DNA from: a virus
Lineage: Duplodnaviria > Caudoviricetes
Strand: one strand, 5' to 3'
Length of the DNA stretch: 29,045 nt
IMG/VR virus record: IMGVR_UViG_3300032259_000510
Coordinates: 1-29,045 of that record
Shown piece by piece: positions 27,873 to 29,045 of the stretch. Below the pieces are notes generated by a model. It had not been told where the DNA came from and did no database searches. It saw only the letters and a list, made by a program, of their open reading frames with translations. Position 1 is the stretch's first letter; every line of letters begins with the position of its first letter. A program made the position numbers and the translations under genes.

Positions 27873-28847
27873 ATGTTTTTAAATATATCAAGACAGCCTC
27901 AAGCTGTTCAGGATAGACTTTTTGAATACCGTAATTTATATCCGAACGAGGTTGTTACCGATTATATGTTTCCAGGCATCAAAGGTCTGAAAGCGTTCAA
28001 GAAGATAAGAAAGATTGACTTTAGCAAGTATCAAAGAATTCTCTTGAGACGAGGCCATGCTTTAGGTGACATCATAATGACCTTCCCCCTGATGAACTAT
28101 TTAAAGAGTTTAGGGAAAGAAGTTCATATTAACACAAATACCCGATACGAGATAAGAGGTGCAAGTTGCATTTCAGGAAAACCCTCTTATAAGTACGAAG
28201 GTTATGACTTAATATTAAACTTGGACGGTATCTTAGAAAAAGATCATCTGGACAAGAAATTATTTAAAGTAAACCGAGTTGACATTTACAATAAATTCCT
28301 GAATGTCAAAAATATCGGAAATGATTGGAATATAGATTACCCTAACATTGATGTTGACTTACAGGGAGCTATTATAGGAATCCAAATTACCGGCAGTAAA
28401 GAGAAATACAAATCAATTGATTTGGAGCCGCTAATGAGTGAGTTAGATAATCGGGGAATAAAATTCTATATTATAGATAGTAACCCTGACTCATGCTTTC
28501 CTTATAAAAACAAAGTTCAGATGCCAACGGATGTACTAGGACTTTTAAATATTTTCAAGAGACTGAAAGGAATTTTATGTTTCGATAGTGGTCCTTTATG
28601 GATTACTCACGTGACGAACACACCGGCCTTCGCCATAGTTGGTCCTACATCAGGAAAAAAGATTATAGCTCGTCATCCAAATGATAAATCGGTTTTCTAT
28701 GACACTAAGCAAGACTTTAAGTGTAAGAGCAAGAAACATGGCTGCGGAGAATCGGCTCAGGACTGCAATAAACGGTTTTCCTGCTTACAAAATGTCAGTC
28801 ATGAGAGACTGATTACTGAATTTACTAATTGGATGGAGGGGTTATAA
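27873..28847 (+). CDS. Glycosyltransferase family 9 (heptosyltransferase-like) with a short N-terminal extra module
   Basis: ILLRRGHALGDIIMTFP and CFDSGPLWITHVTNTPAFAIVGPT are GT9 signatures; C-terminal Cys cluster. The track's TTG start at 27819 lies inside the terminator, so ATG 27873 is preferred. Confidence 0.85.
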   Translation: MFLNISRQPQAVQDRLFEYRNLYPNEVVTDYMFPGIKGLKAFKKIRKIDFSKYQRILLRRGHALGDIIMTFPLMNYLKSLGKEVHINTNTRYEIRGASCISGKPSYKYEGYDLILNLDGILEKDHLDKKLFKVNRVDIYNKFLNVKNIGNDWNIDYPNIDVDLQGAIIGIQITGSKEKYKSIDLEPLMSELDNRGIKFYIIDSNPDSCFPYKNKVQMPTDVLGLLNIFKRLKGILCFDSGPLWITHVTNTPAFAIVGPTSGKKIIARHPNDKSVFYDTKQDFKCKSKKHGCGESAQDCNKRFSCLQNVSHERLITEFTNWMEGL

Positions 28848-28848
28848 C

Positions 28849-29045
28849 ATGCCCACTTTTACAGAATCAGATGTACTTAACGCTGTATCAAAAGCGTTAG
28901 GTTCACCCCCTGGGTCTGAATACTCAACAGCAGATAAAGAAGATGCTTTAAGAAGAGGCTTGATCCAATATAGCCAATTCCGTCCTTTAAAGAAGATTGG
29001 TTCCTTTGTGACAGAAGCCGATGTCCAAGTATATGATATCGGGTC
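28849..29045 (+). CDS. Putative neck/head-completion protein (partial, runs off the window)
   Basis: GGAGGG RBS; MPTFTESDVLNAVSKALGSPPGSEYSTADKEDALRRGLIQYSQFRPLKK loosely resembles the LGxP...I..AL..Y..Y N-terminus of T4 gp13-like adaptors; position after the capsid gene. Confidence 0.5.
   Translation, partial: MPTFTESDVLNAVSKALGSPPGSEYSTADKEDALRRGLIQYSQFRPLKKIGSFVTEADVQVYDIG

Noticed and set aside
1-29045. Stop-codon reassignment
   Set aside because: Standard code 11 gives dense, full-length genes, and TAA, TAG and TGA all serve as stops at gene ends.

Overview
A 29 kb, AT-rich segment of a large tailed dsDNA phage with a T4-like head module; no host genes, tRNAs or CRISPR arrays were seen. 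The left ~2.7 kb, on the minus strand, encodes a T4 gp32-like ssDNA-binding protein (missed by the ORF track because it runs off the window edge), a UvsY-like protein and an unknown protein. A hairpin-rich intergenic region with divergent promoters marks the strand switch and is a candidate origin. The plus strand carries a SNF2-like helicase, a large terminase with a ~210-aa HTH-bearing N-terminal extension, a broken HNH remnant and a gp20-like portal. A ~15.4 kb, 17-gene block then precedes the gp21-like protease/scaffold, the gp23-like major capsid protein, a GT9 glycosyltransferase and a neck-like gene. That block holds fibre/decoration-like proteins around six glycosyltransferase genes, a SAM methyltransferase and a GNAT acetyltransferase. 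The leading hypothesis is a multi-enzyme virion glycosylation system inside the head operon. Two unrelated glycosyltransferases share a ~40-aa extra module that may target them to the capsid, and a near-identical candidate late promoter precedes both terminase and protease. All family assignments are by motif recognition only; no searches were run.
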